Positions 41,166 to 51,700 of a stretch of 64,000 nt of DNA are shown piece after piece. The notes below the pieces were generated by a model, which was given only the letters and a program-made list of their open reading frames with translations, did not search any database and was not told the origin of the DNA. Made by a program: the position numbers and the translations under genes. Origin of the DNA: Acidobacteriota bacterium (GTDB taxonomy: Bacteria > Acidobacteriota > Thermoanaerobaculia > Gp7-AA8); the NCBI GenBank assembly GCA_019244185.1, contig JAFATB010000023.1, forward strand, positions 384,001 to 448,000, in the 5' to 3' direction. Position 1 is the first letter of the stretch; every line of letters begins with the position of its first letter.

Positions 41166-41894
41166 ATGTCTCTGGAGGCAGAACGCTTGAGGACCACCGC
41201 CGTAGTCGCGGCGTACAACGAAGAAAAGACCATCGGCGACGTCCTCCGGGCGCTCACGTCGACGGACCTGATCGACGAGGTGATCGTGGTGAGCGACGGC
41301 TCGGACGACCGGACCGTCGAGATCTGCCGCGGCTTCGAGCGCGTCCGTACCATTGCTCTCAGGGAGAATCACGGCAAAGGGTTCGCGATGGCGGTCGGCG
41401 TCGCCAACGCCTCGCATGACGTGCTCTTCTTCTGCGACGGCGACATGTACAACGTCACCGAGGAGCACATCGCCGCGTTGCTCGAGCCGGTCGTGCGCAA
41501 CGAATGCGACATGAACATCGGCATCCGCGACCGCGGCGCCGTCGCGAACTTCTTCCACCTGCACCTGAAGTGCGGCCCGGTGCTGTCGGGCATCCGCGTC
41601 ATGCGCCGCTCGGTCTTCGAGACCGTGCCGCCGCAGTATCAGGCGCACTACAAGATCGAGGCGGCGCTGAACTGCTTCTGCGCGGCGGCGGGCTTCCGGC
41701 AGCGGCAGACGATCATCCGCGGGCTCGACCACGTGATCAAGGAGTCGAAGCGCGGGCTGCGCGACGGCCTCTACGCGCGCTGGCACATGATGCGGCAGGT
41801 GTTCCTGCTGCTCTTCGATCTGTATGTCTTCGAGACGTGGCGCTGGACGCCGCGCAGCGAGCTGCCGGTCGCGGAGTACGACCTCTTCGAGTAG
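41166..41894 (+). CDS. Glycosyltransferase family 2
   Basis: AAYNEE, VVSDGSDDRT, NHGKG, FCDGD (DxD), LSGIR. Confidence 0.9.
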   Translation: MSLEAERLRTTAVVAAYNEEKTIGDVLRALTSTDLIDEVIVVSDGSDDRTVEICRGFERVRTIALRENHGKGFAMAVGVANASHDVLFFCDGDMYNVTEEHIAALLEPVVRNECDMNIGIRDRGAVANFFHLHLKCGPVLSGIRVMRRSVFETVPPQYQAHYKIEAALNCFCAAAGFRQRQTIIRGLDHVIKESKRGLRDGLYARWHMMRQVFLLLFDLYVFETWRWTPRSELPVAEYDLFE

Positions 41895-41912
41895 CCGCGG
41901 AGCGGCGCCGGC

Positions 41913-42674
41913 ATGCATCAGCACGACTCGATCGACCGCATCACGCCGACGCTCGAGCCCGACCAGCCGGTGCTCATGCATCAGGACTGGCACCATCTGC
42001 TCTTCCTGCATTGGGAGATTCCGGCCGCGGAGCTGCAGGCGCTCGTGCCGCCGCGGCTGACCGTCGACACGTTCGAAGGAAAGGCGTACGTCGGACTCGT
42101 TCCGTTCACGCTGAGCGGTGTGCGCCCCGTCATGACGCCGCCGCTGCCGTGGATCTCGCGCTTCCATGAAGTCAACGTACGTACTTACGTGCATCTCGAC
42201 GGGCGCGATCCCGGCGTCTGGTTCTTCAGCCTCGACGCGTCGAGCACGATCGCCGTCGCCGCCGCGCGCGCCGCGTACAAGCTGCCGTACTACGACGCGC
42301 AGATCGAGCTCATGACCAGCGGTGACGCGCTGCCGGTCATCGACTTCCGCTCGCATCGCACCGACCCGCGTGGCCCCGCGCCCGCGCATTGCCACGCGCG
42401 CTACCAGGCAGTGGAAGGTGCCGCGAGCGCGTCGGCGCCCGGCACGCTCGAGCACTTTCTCGTGGAGCGCTACATCCTTTACGCGGAGGACGAGCAGCAT
42501 CGCCTGCACCGTGCGCGCGTCCACCATCAGCCGTATCCCGTGCAGCGCGCGGACGTGCTCGCGCTCGACGAGACGGTGGTGTGGGCGGCCGGCATCCGCC
42601 GCAACGATTCCGTCCGGCTGCGGCACTACGCTCGCGAGGTGAACGTGAAGGTGTATCCGCTCGAGACGGTGTAG
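41913..42674 (+). CDS. YqjF/DUF2071 family protein
   Basis: MHQDW..LLFLHW, EVNVRTYV, GVWFFSLDA, FLVERY. Confidence 0.88.
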   Translation: MHQHDSIDRITPTLEPDQPVLMHQDWHHLLFLHWEIPAAELQALVPPRLTVDTFEGKAYVGLVPFTLSGVRPVMTPPLPWISRFHEVNVRTYVHLDGRDPGVWFFSLDASSTIAVAAARAAYKLPYYDAQIELMTSGDALPVIDFRSHRTDPRGPAPAHCHARYQAVEGAASASAPGTLEHFLVERYILYAEDEQHRLHRARVHHQPYPVQRADVLALDETVVWAAGIRRNDSVRLRHYAREVNVKVYPLETV

Positions 42675-42944
42675 CGCTCACCAGCCGGCGGCGATGCGGA
42701 TGACGGTGACGCCCGCGATTCCGCGAATCTTTCTAGCAGGCGTGCATCTCAGCGCGGCGCTGCTTCCGCCGCGCACGATTGTCATCCTCAGCGATTCCAT
42801 CGTGCACGGCGCCGGCGACGAATCAGGGCGCATCGCCGCCGGGGCGCGTCACGAACTCGACATCAACGGCGCGCGCAGGCGAAATTCTTCATCGCCTCGC
42901 CGATCCGTGCATGCGCGCCATTGTGCAACGCGCGGACGCGATCA

Positions 42945-43166
42945 TCATGCTTCGATCGGCGGCGACGATCTCTTCGGCGACGTGCCGTCACGATTGCTCG
43001 CCGTCGCCGCGCCGCGCTTCGCCGAATGTCGCACAGCACTGCGCGTAGGCACACTGCGCGACGCGAACGCCTCCGCACGCGTCTCCATTTCGGCGTGTAA
43101 ACCCGTGTCGCACGTCGTCGCAAACGTCATGATCGCGACCGCGCCGGCGACGAGCGCGCGCTTCAT
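42945..43166 (-). pseudogene. Possible degraded gene for an exported protein
   Basis: Signal-like start MKRALVAGAVAIMTFATTC; no coherent reading frame across 42680-43100. Confidence 0.25.
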
Positions 43167-43217
43167 GAACTGCGATACGCGCGAGCCGCGGCTATGTTGC
43201 GGACGCGTTCGCGCCGT

Positions 43218-43628
43218 TCACTGCAGCGTCGTCGTGCACGCGCGGCAACGGCGCGCGGCCGCGGGGATCATCTCCAGGCACTCGGGACACTGCTTCATCG
43301 GCTCCGCGGCGGGAGCCGGCGCGGGCTTGACGAGCGAGCGCACGATGAGGAACGTCACGAACGCGATGATGATGAAGTCGATGACGACGCCGAGGAAGTG
43401 CCCGTAAAGCAGCGCGTTCTCGACGACTTTCCCGCCTTTGGTCGTGCTGCTCAACACGACCTTTGCCTCGCGCCAGTCGCCGCCCGGGAGCAGGAGACTG
43501 ATGACCGGCATGAGGAGATCGGCGGCGAGCGCGCTGACGACGTTCCCTACCGCGGCACCGATGATGACGCCGACGGCAAGCGCGAGCGCGTTGGTCTTCG
43601 TGAGGAAGCCTCGGAATTCAGCGAGCAT
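43218..43628 (-). CDS. mscL: Large-conductance mechanosensitive channel with C-terminal zinc ribbon
   Basis: EFRGFL...NALALAVGVIIGAA, YGHFL..VIDFIIIAF; tail CPEC...CRAC. Confidence 0.92.
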   Translation of the reverse strand: MLAEFRGFLTKTNALALAVGVIIGAAVGNVVSALAADLLMPVISLLLPGGDWREAKVVLSSTTKGGKVVENALLYGHFLGVVIDFIIIAFVTFLIVRSLVKPAPAPAAEPMKQCPECLEMIPAAARRCRACTTTLQ

Positions 43629-44373
43629 GATTCGACCTCGGCTCCGAGTTTACAGCAGAGCCCGGCCGCACGAGCAGCGTGTACTGCCCGTCGAGCTCTC
43701 CGTCGCGCAGCAGCTCCAGCGCGTAGCCTTTCGCGCGCAGGAGCGTGCAGCAGCGCTCGTGCGTCTCGTAGCCGTGCGTCGAGAGCAGCAGCGTCGGCCG
43801 GTCGCGTGCGAGGATCGTCGCGGCACCGGTGAGGACGTCGTACTCCGCGCCTTCGACATCCATCTTGATGAAGCGCGGCGGCGGAATCGTTCCCGATGCG
43901 ACGAGGCGATCGAGCGTCTCGACGCGCACGTCGACGTCGCCTTCCGCCGCGAGCCTGCCCATCGACGCATTCATGCCCGACGCGAACCGCGCCACGCCCG
44001 GCTTCGATGACAACGCGAGCTCGAGCACCTGCACCGTCGACGCGCGATTGAGCGCCACGTGTTTGCGCAGGAACGCGAGATTCCGCGCGACCGGCTCGAA
44101 CGCGTAGACGGCGCCGCGCGCGCCGGCGCACTTTGCCGCAAGCAGCGTGAAGAAGCCGGCGTTCGCGCCGACGTCGTATACGACGTCGCCGTCGTGCACC
44201 GCGTCGCGAAACGCGCGCTGCGCCTCCGGCTCGTACGTCCCCAGCCAGCAGCCGTGCGTCGCCGCGCCGGCGATCCACTTCGAGCCGCGCAGCTCACCGC
44301 TCAGCACGCGCATGGTCGCGCCGCGCGGGACGAGACGGAGCGGGGCGCGCAGGAGCCGCGAGAGGAAGTTCAC
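43618..44373 (-). CDS. FkbM family methyltransferase
   Basis: WLGTYE, YDVGANAG, VYAFEP, FIKMDVEGAE; GTG 44373 in a GTGA overlap with the upstream stop. Confidence 0.88.
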   Translation of the reverse strand: MNFLSRLLRAPLRLVPRGATMRVLSGELRGSKWIAGAATHGCWLGTYEPEAQRAFRDAVHDGDVVYDVGANAGFFTLLAAKCAGARGAVYAFEPVARNLAFLRKHVALNRASTVQVLELALSSKPGVARFASGMNASMGRLAAEGDVDVRVETLDRLVASGTIPPPRFIKMDVEGAEYDVLTGAATILARDRPTLLLSTHGYETHERCCTLLRAKGYALELLRDGELDGQYTLLVRPGSAVNSEPRSNHAR

Positions 44374-45192
44374 GGCGACTGATCCAGCCGGAACACCTTC
44401 ACCGCGTTGTCGTGAAACACCTGCTGCCAGTACTTCCGCGGAATCGCGCGCTGGAACGACGCGATGTCGACGAGCGGCCAGTCCGTGCCGAACATCAGCT
44501 TCGACGGGTCTTCGATGTAGCCGAAGATCCACCGCAGCGGCTTCGTCACGTACTCGTCGGACCTGCGCGCGCGGGAGCCTGGTCATGTCGCCGACGAGGA
44601 ACGCCGAGCCGTCCAGGTACACATTGGGATTCTTGTACGCGACCTCCGCCGCGGACTCGATCCACGGATTGCCGCAGTGCGCGATGACGAAGCGGACGCG
44701 CGGATGATCGACGGCGACTTCGTCGATCGTCAGCGGATCGGCGTACTTCAGCTTCGCGCGCGTCGAGTCGGTGTCGCCGGTATGGAAGACCACCGGCACG
44801 TCGTACTTTTCCGCGAGCGCGTAGACCGGTTCGTATTGCGGCTCGCTCGCGAAGTGATGCGTGTAGCCGAGGTAGATCTTGATGCAGCGATAGTCGCCGC
44901 GGCGCAGGCCGGACTCGAGCGTGTCGAGATGCGGCGCGTCGAAGATGCCGGCGCAGTAGATCGTGTTCGGCTCGCGCGGCTCCGGCAGCCGCCCGTCGTC
45001 GGTGTGCAGGATGCCGACCGCGTACACGACGTGCGCCTTCCGCCGCTGCTCCTCGTACGACGCCGCCGAGCGCGTGCCGTTCGGCTGAAACTCGGGATGC
45101 GTGTGCACGTCGATGATCGCGAGCGGCTTCGACGCGCACGCGAGGGTGAGGGTGGTGAGGAGGGCGAGCGCGGCGGGTGTTGCGCGTCTCAT
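44370..45192 (-). pseudogene. Lipoprotein amidohydrolase (Amidohydro_2-like) interrupted by a +1 frameshift near 44559; may be an assembly error
   Basis: Lipobox LAC, IDVHTH, FHTG, IAHCGNPW; removing one base restores DEYVTKPLRWIFGYIEDPSKLMFGTDWP...FHDNAVKVFRLDQSP*. Confidence 0.8.
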
Positions 45193-45209
45193 GACGAATG
45201 CAGACGTTG

Positions 45210-45395
45210 CTAGTGCGTAGAGGCTTCGAGGCGCTCGACGCGAGACTGAAGATCGACGAGCGCACGTTCGAGGACGCGGACGCGGCGATCGAGCTCGGCG
45301 TAGGAAAACCGGCTTGTCTGACGCTCGTCTGCGAAACCGGCGTCGCTTTCCGACCTCGGTCCTTCGCTCAGCTCGTCGTCCATTACTTCGTTCAT
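45210..45395 (-). CDS. Small coiled-coil protein (61 aa)
   Basis: LDRRVRVLERALVDLQSRVERLE heptad pattern; fills the intergenic gap. Confidence 0.5.
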   Translation of the reverse strand: MNEVMDDELSEGPRSESDAGFADERQTSRFSYAELDRRVRVLERALVDLQSRVERLEASTH

Positions 45396-45433
45396 TTTAC
45401 TTCTTACACCGCGCCCCCAACCGATCGTTTACC

Positions 45434-48400
45434 ATGCCTAACGATCGTCCCGTGTCGGAGCCCACCTCTCTCCGCAACCGCAGTGCTTCCCGCGTCGACG
45501 CGTTGCTGCGCGAGGCGGAGGGGCGGTTGCGCCGGCAGAACAACGTCCTGGTCGATCTCGCGCGGCGCGCGTCGCTGCACGCGGGCAATCTCGCCGAAGC
45601 GTTGCGGGAGATCGCGAGCGCGGCGGCGCCGACGCTCGACGTCGGGCGCTTCAGCGTCTGGTTCTTCACGGCCGACCGGCGCGCGATCCGCTGCGTGGAG
45701 CTCTTCGACCGCGAGCAGCATGCGAGCGGCGGTGAGATTCACGCGGCGGCGTTTCCGGTCTACTTCCGCGCGCTCGAGTCGGAGCGCACGATCACCGCGG
45801 ACGATGCGAACCTCGATCCGCGCACGAGCGCGTTCGCCGAGGCGTCGCATCATCCGTTCGGCGTGACCTCGCTGCTCGACGCGCCGGTGCGGCGGCTCGG
45901 ACAAACCATCGGCGTGGTCTGCTTCGAGCACACCGGACCGCAGCGCGCGTGGACGGTCGAGGAAGAGAACTTCGCCAGCTCGATCGCGGACCTCGTGGCG
46001 ATGGCCGTCGACGCGCAGGAGCGGCGGCAGACGCAGGAAGCGCTGCGGCACCGCGTCGACTTCGAGAAGCTGGTCGCGAGCATCTCGTCGCGTTTCGTCA
46101 ATCTCGCGCCGGAGGAAGTCGACCGCGCGATCCGCGAGACGCTCGAGGCGATCGCGACGTTCGTCGGCGCGGAGCGCGGACACGTGTTCATGCTCGCGGA
46201 GAGCGGCGACAGCGCGAAGCTCACGTACGAATGGAGCGCGCCCGGCGTCGCGTTGCGCGCGGACGCGTACGGCGAGTTGCCCACCGCGGCGTTCCCGTGG
46301 TGGGTCGAGCAGCTGCGGCGGTCGGACATCATCAACGTGACGACCCTCGACGATCTCCCGCCCGAGGCGATCAACGAGCGGCGGCTGTTTGCGCGGCACG
46401 GGATTCTGAGCGCGGTGTTCGTGCCGATGGTGGTGAAGAAGACGCTCGTCGGCTCGGTCGGCTGTAGCAGCGTCACGCGTGAGATGTCGTGGTCGGAAGA
46501 GACCATCGCGCTGCTGCGCATCGCCGGCGAGATCTTCGTCAGCGCGCTCGAACGCGGACGCGCGTTGCGCGCGCTGCGCGCCAGCGAGATGCGGCATCGC
46601 ATGCTCTTCGAGCGCAACCTCGCCGGCGTCTACCGCAACGGCGTCGACGGCCGCATCCTCGAATGCAACGAGGCGCTCGCGGAGATGCTCGGCTTCCCGT
46701 CGAAGGACGAGTTCATGCGCAACAACGCGCGCGATCTCTACTTCGATCCGTCGGAGCGCGAGCGGTTCATCGAGCAGCTGCGGCGCCACGGCGGCATCCG
46801 CAATCGTGAAGTACGCCTGCGCCACCGCGCCGGCCATCCGATCTGGCTGCTCGAGAGCGTGCACATCGTGCCCGCGGAGAACGGCGACGAAATCCTCGAA
46901 GGAACGGTCATCGACATCACCGACCGCAAGCTCGCCGAGACCGCGCTGCGCGAGAGCGAGGCGCGCTACCGGCTGATGGCCGAGAACTCGACGGACCTCA
47001 TCTCGCGCACGACCGGCCGCGGCGCCTTCCTCTATGCCTCGGATGCGGTCCGCAGCCTCCTCGGATACGAGCCGTCCGAGCTCGTCGGCCGCAGCGTCTT
47101 CGAGTTCGTCGATCGCGACGATCACTACCTCATCCGCCGCTTCACCGACACGCTGCAGGAGTCGCCGCGCAGCGTGAGCTACCGCGCCATTCGCAAGGAC
47201 GGCACGCGGGTCTGGTTCGAGACCACGAGCCGCGCGATCGCGGGCGACGACGGCGCGATCGCGGAGATCGTCTCGGTCTCGCGCGACGTCAGCGAGCGAC
47301 GCCGCGCCGAAGAGCAGATCGAGTATCAGGCGTACCACGACGCGCTCACCGGATTGCCGAACCGGCTGCTGTTCCGCGACCGTTTGACGATCGCGCTCGC
47401 GCACGCGAAGCGGAAAGAGATGCCGCTCGCGGTGATGTTCCTCGATCTCGACCGCTTCAAGTACGTCAACGACACGCTCGGCCACAGCCTCGGCGACGAG
47501 CTGCTGCGCGCGATCGCGTCGCGATTGCGTTCCGTGCTGCGCGACGGCGACACGATCGCGCGGATGGGCGGCGACGAGTTCACGATCCTGCTCGCGGATC
47601 TCCAGCAGCCGAGCGACGCGGCGAAGATCGCGCAGAAACTGCTCGAGGTCGTCGCGCAGCCGGTGCGCGTCGAAGGGCACGAGCTCTACGTCACGACGAG
47701 CATCGGCATCGCGCTCTTTCCGAACGACGGCGACACGGCGGAGACGCTGCTCAAAAGCGCCGACAGCGCGATGTATCGCGCGAAGGAGTCGGGTCGCAGC
47801 TCGTATCAGCTCTGCACGGCCACGATGAACCTGCGCGCGGCGGAGCGGCTGTCGGTCGAAGGCGCGCTGCGGCGCGCGCTCGATCGCGACGAGCTCGTGC
47901 TGTATTACCAGCCGCTCGTGCACGTCGCCACGCGGCAGGTCGCGGGCGTGGAGGCGCTGCTGCGCTGGAACCGGCCCGGCAGCGGCGTCGTGCCGCCGGC
48001 GACGTTCATCGACATCGCCGAGGAGACGCGGATGATCGTGCCGATCGGCGAGTGGGTGCTGCGGGAGGCGTGCCGGCAGGCGAAGGAATGGCAGAAGCGC
48101 GGCACTCCGTCGTTACGCGTCGCCGTCAATCTGTCTCCCCGTCAGTTTCAGCAGAGCGATCTGTGCGACGTCGTGCAGCGCGCGCTCGACGAGAGCGGCC
48201 TCGCCGCGCATTTCCTCGAGCTCGAGATCACGGAGACGACGGCGATGATGAACACGGAGCGTTCGATCGCCACGCTCGCCGATCTCCGCACGCTCGGCGT
48301 GCGCATCGCGCTCGACGACTTCGGCACCGGGCATTCGTCGCTCAGCTACCTGCGCCGCTTCCCGATCGATCGCGTGAAGATCGACCGCGAGTTCATCCAG

Positions 48401-48616
48401 GACCTCGAGCACAGCCGCAGCAACCGCGCCATCGTCGCGTCGGTGGTGTCGATGGCGCACGGACTCGACCTCGCCGTGACGGCGGAAGGCGTGGAGACCG
48501 AGGAGCAGGTCGGGTTCCTGCGCGACCAGAAGTGCGAGGAAGTGCAGGGCTACCTGTTCGGGCGGCCGGTGCCGCCCGAACAGAATGAAGAACGCAGAAC
48601 GCAGAACGCAGAATGA
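45434..48616 (+). CDS. GAF-GAF-PAS-PAS-GGDEF-EAL diguanylate cyclase/phosphodiesterase
   Basis: Two GAF and two PAS/PAC domains, RMGGDEF, EALLRW, DDFGTGHSSL; last codons read through the heptamer array. Confidence 0.93.
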   Translation: MPNDRPVSEPTSLRNRSASRVDALLREAEGRLRRQNNVLVDLARRASLHAGNLAEALREIASAAAPTLDVGRFSVWFFTADRRAIRCVELFDREQHASGGEIHAAAFPVYFRALESERTITADDANLDPRTSAFAEASHHPFGVTSLLDAPVRRLGQTIGVVCFEHTGPQRAWTVEEENFASSIADLVAMAVDAQERRQTQEALRHRVDFEKLVASISSRFVNLAPEEVDRAIRETLEAIATFVGAERGHVFMLAESGDSAKLTYEWSAPGVALRADAYGELPTAAFPWWVEQLRRSDIINVTTLDDLPPEAINERRLFARHGILSAVFVPMVVKKTLVGSVGCSSVTREMSWSEETIALLRIAGEIFVSALERGRALRALRASEMRHRMLFERNLAGVYRNGVDGRILECNEALAEMLGFPSKDEFMRNNARDLYFDPSERERFIEQLRRHGGIRNREVRLRHRAGHPIWLLESVHIVPAENGDEILEGTVIDITDRKLAETALRESEARYRLMAENSTDLISRTTGRGAFLYASDAVRSLLGYEPSELVGRSVFEFVDRDDHYLIRRFTDTLQESPRSVSYRAIRKDGTRVWFETTSRAIAGDDGAIAEIVSVSRDVSERRRAEEQIEYQAYHDALTGLPNRLLFRDRLTIALAHAKRKEMPLAVMFLDLDRFKYVNDTLGHSLGDELLRAIASRLRSVLRDGDTIARMGGDEFTILLADLQQPSDAAKIAQKLLEVVAQPVRVEGHELYVTTSIGIALFPNDGDTAETLLKSADSAMYRAKESGRSSYQLCTATMNLRAAERLSVEGALRRALDRDELVLYYQPLVHVATRQVAGVEALLRWNRPGSGVVPPATFIDIAEETRMIVPIGEWVLREACRQAKEWQKRGTPSLRVAVNLSPRQFQQSDLCDVVQRALDESGLAAHFLELEITETTAMMNTERSIATLADLRTLGVRIALDDFGTGHSSLSYLRRFPIDRVKIDREFIQDLEHSRSNRAIVASVVSMAHGLDLAVTAEGVETEEQVGFLRDQKCEEVQGYLFGRPVPPEQNEERRTQNAE

Positions 48617-48687
48617 AGAAAGCAGCGTGGCGCGCGCTCGTGTCAGTTCTACGTTCTTCATTCTGCGTTCTGCGTTCTTCATTCAGC
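48583..48687. repeat. Palindrome of two inverted GAAYGMA heptamer arrays
   Basis: Left arm GAATGAA (GAACGCA)3 GAATGAA 48583-48617; right arm reverse complement 48646-48687; GC-rich spacer. Confidence 0.9.
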
Positions 48688-48777
48688 CTTTCGTCTTAAT
48701 CCCGCCACAACTCGCGCCGCACAATTCCTCGACCGCGCCACTGCAGGTGCGGGCTCATGTGCGTAGACTGCTCGCGT

Positions 48778-51700
48778 ATGAAGAAGGCCGTTGCCGCGCT
48801 CCTCTTTGTTCTCGCCGCGCCGTCGCTCCTCGCCGCGAACCTGCGGATCGTCAGCGCCGGGCCCGTCGGAAAGATCGCCTCGCTGGCGGAAGCGAACGAG
48901 ATCCGCGTCGTCTTCTCGGAGCCGATGGTGGCGGTGGGACGGATTCCGCAGCCGGTGACGGCGCCGTTCTTCCGCATCGCGCCCGCTGTTGCCGGCGCGT
49001 TCCGCTGGTCGGGCACGACGACGCTCATCTTCACGCCCGACAAGCCGCTGCCGTACGCGACCGAGTTCGCGGTGTCGGTCGACGCGTCGGCAAAATCGGT
49101 CGCGGGGCACACGCTCGATCAGCCGTATCGCTGGACGTTCACCACGCCGACGATCCAGTTGATCGCGACCGACTGGTATCGCAAGTCCAACGGCGCGGTC
49201 GTGATCGGGCTGCGCTTCAACCAGCCGGTCGATGCGTCGGCGGTGACGCCGCACGTGCATCTCACGACCGCGACGCGCGCGTTCACGCTCGACCCGCTGC
49301 CGGAGGCCGGCGCGGCGCGCCTCAAGAAGCTCGAGCCGCAGGCCCTGCAGGCGTTCGAAGCGAAGCGCGCGAAGGCGCAGGCGAATGCGAACTCGAACGG
49401 GCAGACCGTCTTCTCGTTTCTCGCGACGGAATGGAAGAAGGAGCGTTTCGCGCCGGGCAAAGACCTCGTCGTGCTGGAGACGAAGCCGGGGATTCCGCCC
49501 GACACGGCGATCCTCGTGACGCTCGACGCGGAGCTTGCGGCCTCGCCGCGCCACGTGCGCAGCGGCTCGGCGCAGACGTACACCGTCGAGCTCGAGCCGA
49601 CCTTCTTCGTGAGCTCGATCACGTGCGTCGAGGAATGCGACCCCGAGTCCCGCAACTCGATCGAGTTCCGCATCGGCAGCGGCGTTCGCTTCGACGAGGT
49701 GCGCAAGGCGGTGACGCTCACCGACATCACCGATCCGACTCACGAGGTCGCGGTCAAGCCGAAGAAAGTCACGACCGAGTACGACTATCCGAACAACGCG
49801 TACTCGCTCGACGAGCTCGGGTTCAGCGTGACGCCGGGACATCGCTACGCCGTCCGCGTCGATCCGAGCCTCACCGCGGAAGACGGGCAGAAGCTCGGCT
49901 ACGCGTGGATGGCCGTCGTCGACTACTGGCACGCGTCGGCGTTCGTCAGCTTCGGCGCGGGGAACGGCGTCTGGGAATCCGACGGCGGATCGATCCTGCC
50001 GTTCTCCGCGCGCAACTTCCGCAGCGTGAAGCAGTGGCTCGCGCCGCTGAAGGTCGAGCAGCTCCTGCCGATCATGCAGCAGATGCGCACGAGCGGCTTC
50101 AATACGCCGCCGCCCGACACGAAGCCGACGACGCGCACGCTCAATCTCCCGCCGGATCGCATCGCCGCGGTCGGCTTCGATCTGAAGCCCGCCATCGGCG
50201 CCGATAATCGAGGCATCGCGTGGGCGGCCATCGAGCCGGGCGAAGAGCTGCCGAAGTCGAAGGTCTACGCCAAGAACGTCGTCGCCACGCTCGTGCAGTC
50301 GACGAACCTCGGCATCAGCGTCAAGGACAGCCCGCTCAACACGCTGATCATGGTCACGCGTCTCGACGACGCGAAGCCGGTCGAAGGCGCGAAGGTCACG
50401 ATCCGCGACCGCAACAACAAAGTGTTCTGGACCGGCACGACCGACGCGAACGGCATCGCCGTCGCGCTCAACACCGATCTGCGGCGCAAGAAGAAGGAAG
50501 ACAAGAAGCCGGAAGAGATGGACTACGACGAGTCGTGGTCCGCGCTCAGCGAGCTGCACTTCCTCGTCAGCGCGGAGAAAGACGGCGACGTCGCGTACAT
50601 CGGCAGCGACTGGAACGACGGCATCGGCCCGTGGGACTTCGGCGTGCGCTTCGATCTGCACGAGGCGGAGCCGCAGCTGCGCGGCACGGTCTTCGCCGAC
50701 CGCGGCGTCTACAAGCTCGGCGAGGAAGTGCACCTCAAAGCGATCGCCCGCGCCGACACGCCGAACGGCATGCAGCTCCTCGCCGCCGGAACGCAGCTCC
50801 ACATCGAGATCCGCGACAGCCACAACATGAACGTCTTCGAGAAGACGGTCGCGGTGAACGCGTGGAGCAGCGCCGAGCTCACGTTCAAAGTGCCGCAGGA
50901 AGCGCCGCTCGGCACGTACAGCATCATCGCCGCGACGACGTCGCAGACCGGCACCATCGACGGCGACTTCCTCGTCGCCGCGTACCGCCGTCCCGACTTC
51001 CGCGTCGACACCACGCTCGACGGCAACAGCACCGTCGCCGGCACGAAGCTCACCGGCGTCGTCACCGGACGTTATCTTTTCGGCGCGCCGATGTCGGGCA
51101 AGCCGGTGAGCTGGACGTACTCGCGCACGCGGATGACCGACATCCCCGAGAAGATCGCCGACCGCTGGCCCGAGGAGCGTTACGCGTTCCTCGGCCGCGA
51201 CGAGAGCGACGAATCGGGCGACATCGTCTCGATCGCGCAGAAAGAAGAAGCACTCGACGCGAAAGGGCAGCTCACGCTGAAGCTCGATACCGACCGCACG
51301 CTCGGCGAACCGTGGCAGTACGCGCTCGAAGGCGTCGTCACGGACGTCACGCGCCAGGAGATCGCCGGCCGCGCCTCGTTCCGCGTCGATCCGGCTCCGT
51401 GGTACATCGGCGTGCATCGCCCGCCGTACTTTGCCGAGGCGCAGCAAGGCATCGACACGGACATCGTTGCGGCGGGGCTCGACGGCCTCGCTGTTGACGG
51501 TGTCAACGTCAAGGTCGAGCTGAAGCGCATCCAGTGGGTGAGCGCGCGTCAAGCGGAAGGCGACGGCTTCTACGACTGGCAAAGCGAGCGGAAGGAAGTC
51601 GACGCCGGCCACTGGAACGTGACCACGAAGACCGAGCCGGTGCCGCTGCACATCCCCATCAGCGAAGGCGGCGAGTATCAGCTCATCGCGCGGGCCGAAG

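Noticed and set aside
43618-45192. Genuine 524-aa amidohydrolase-methyltransferase fusion protein
   Set aside because: The junction is out-of-frame sequence; the real amidohydrolase C-terminus sits in the neighbouring frame
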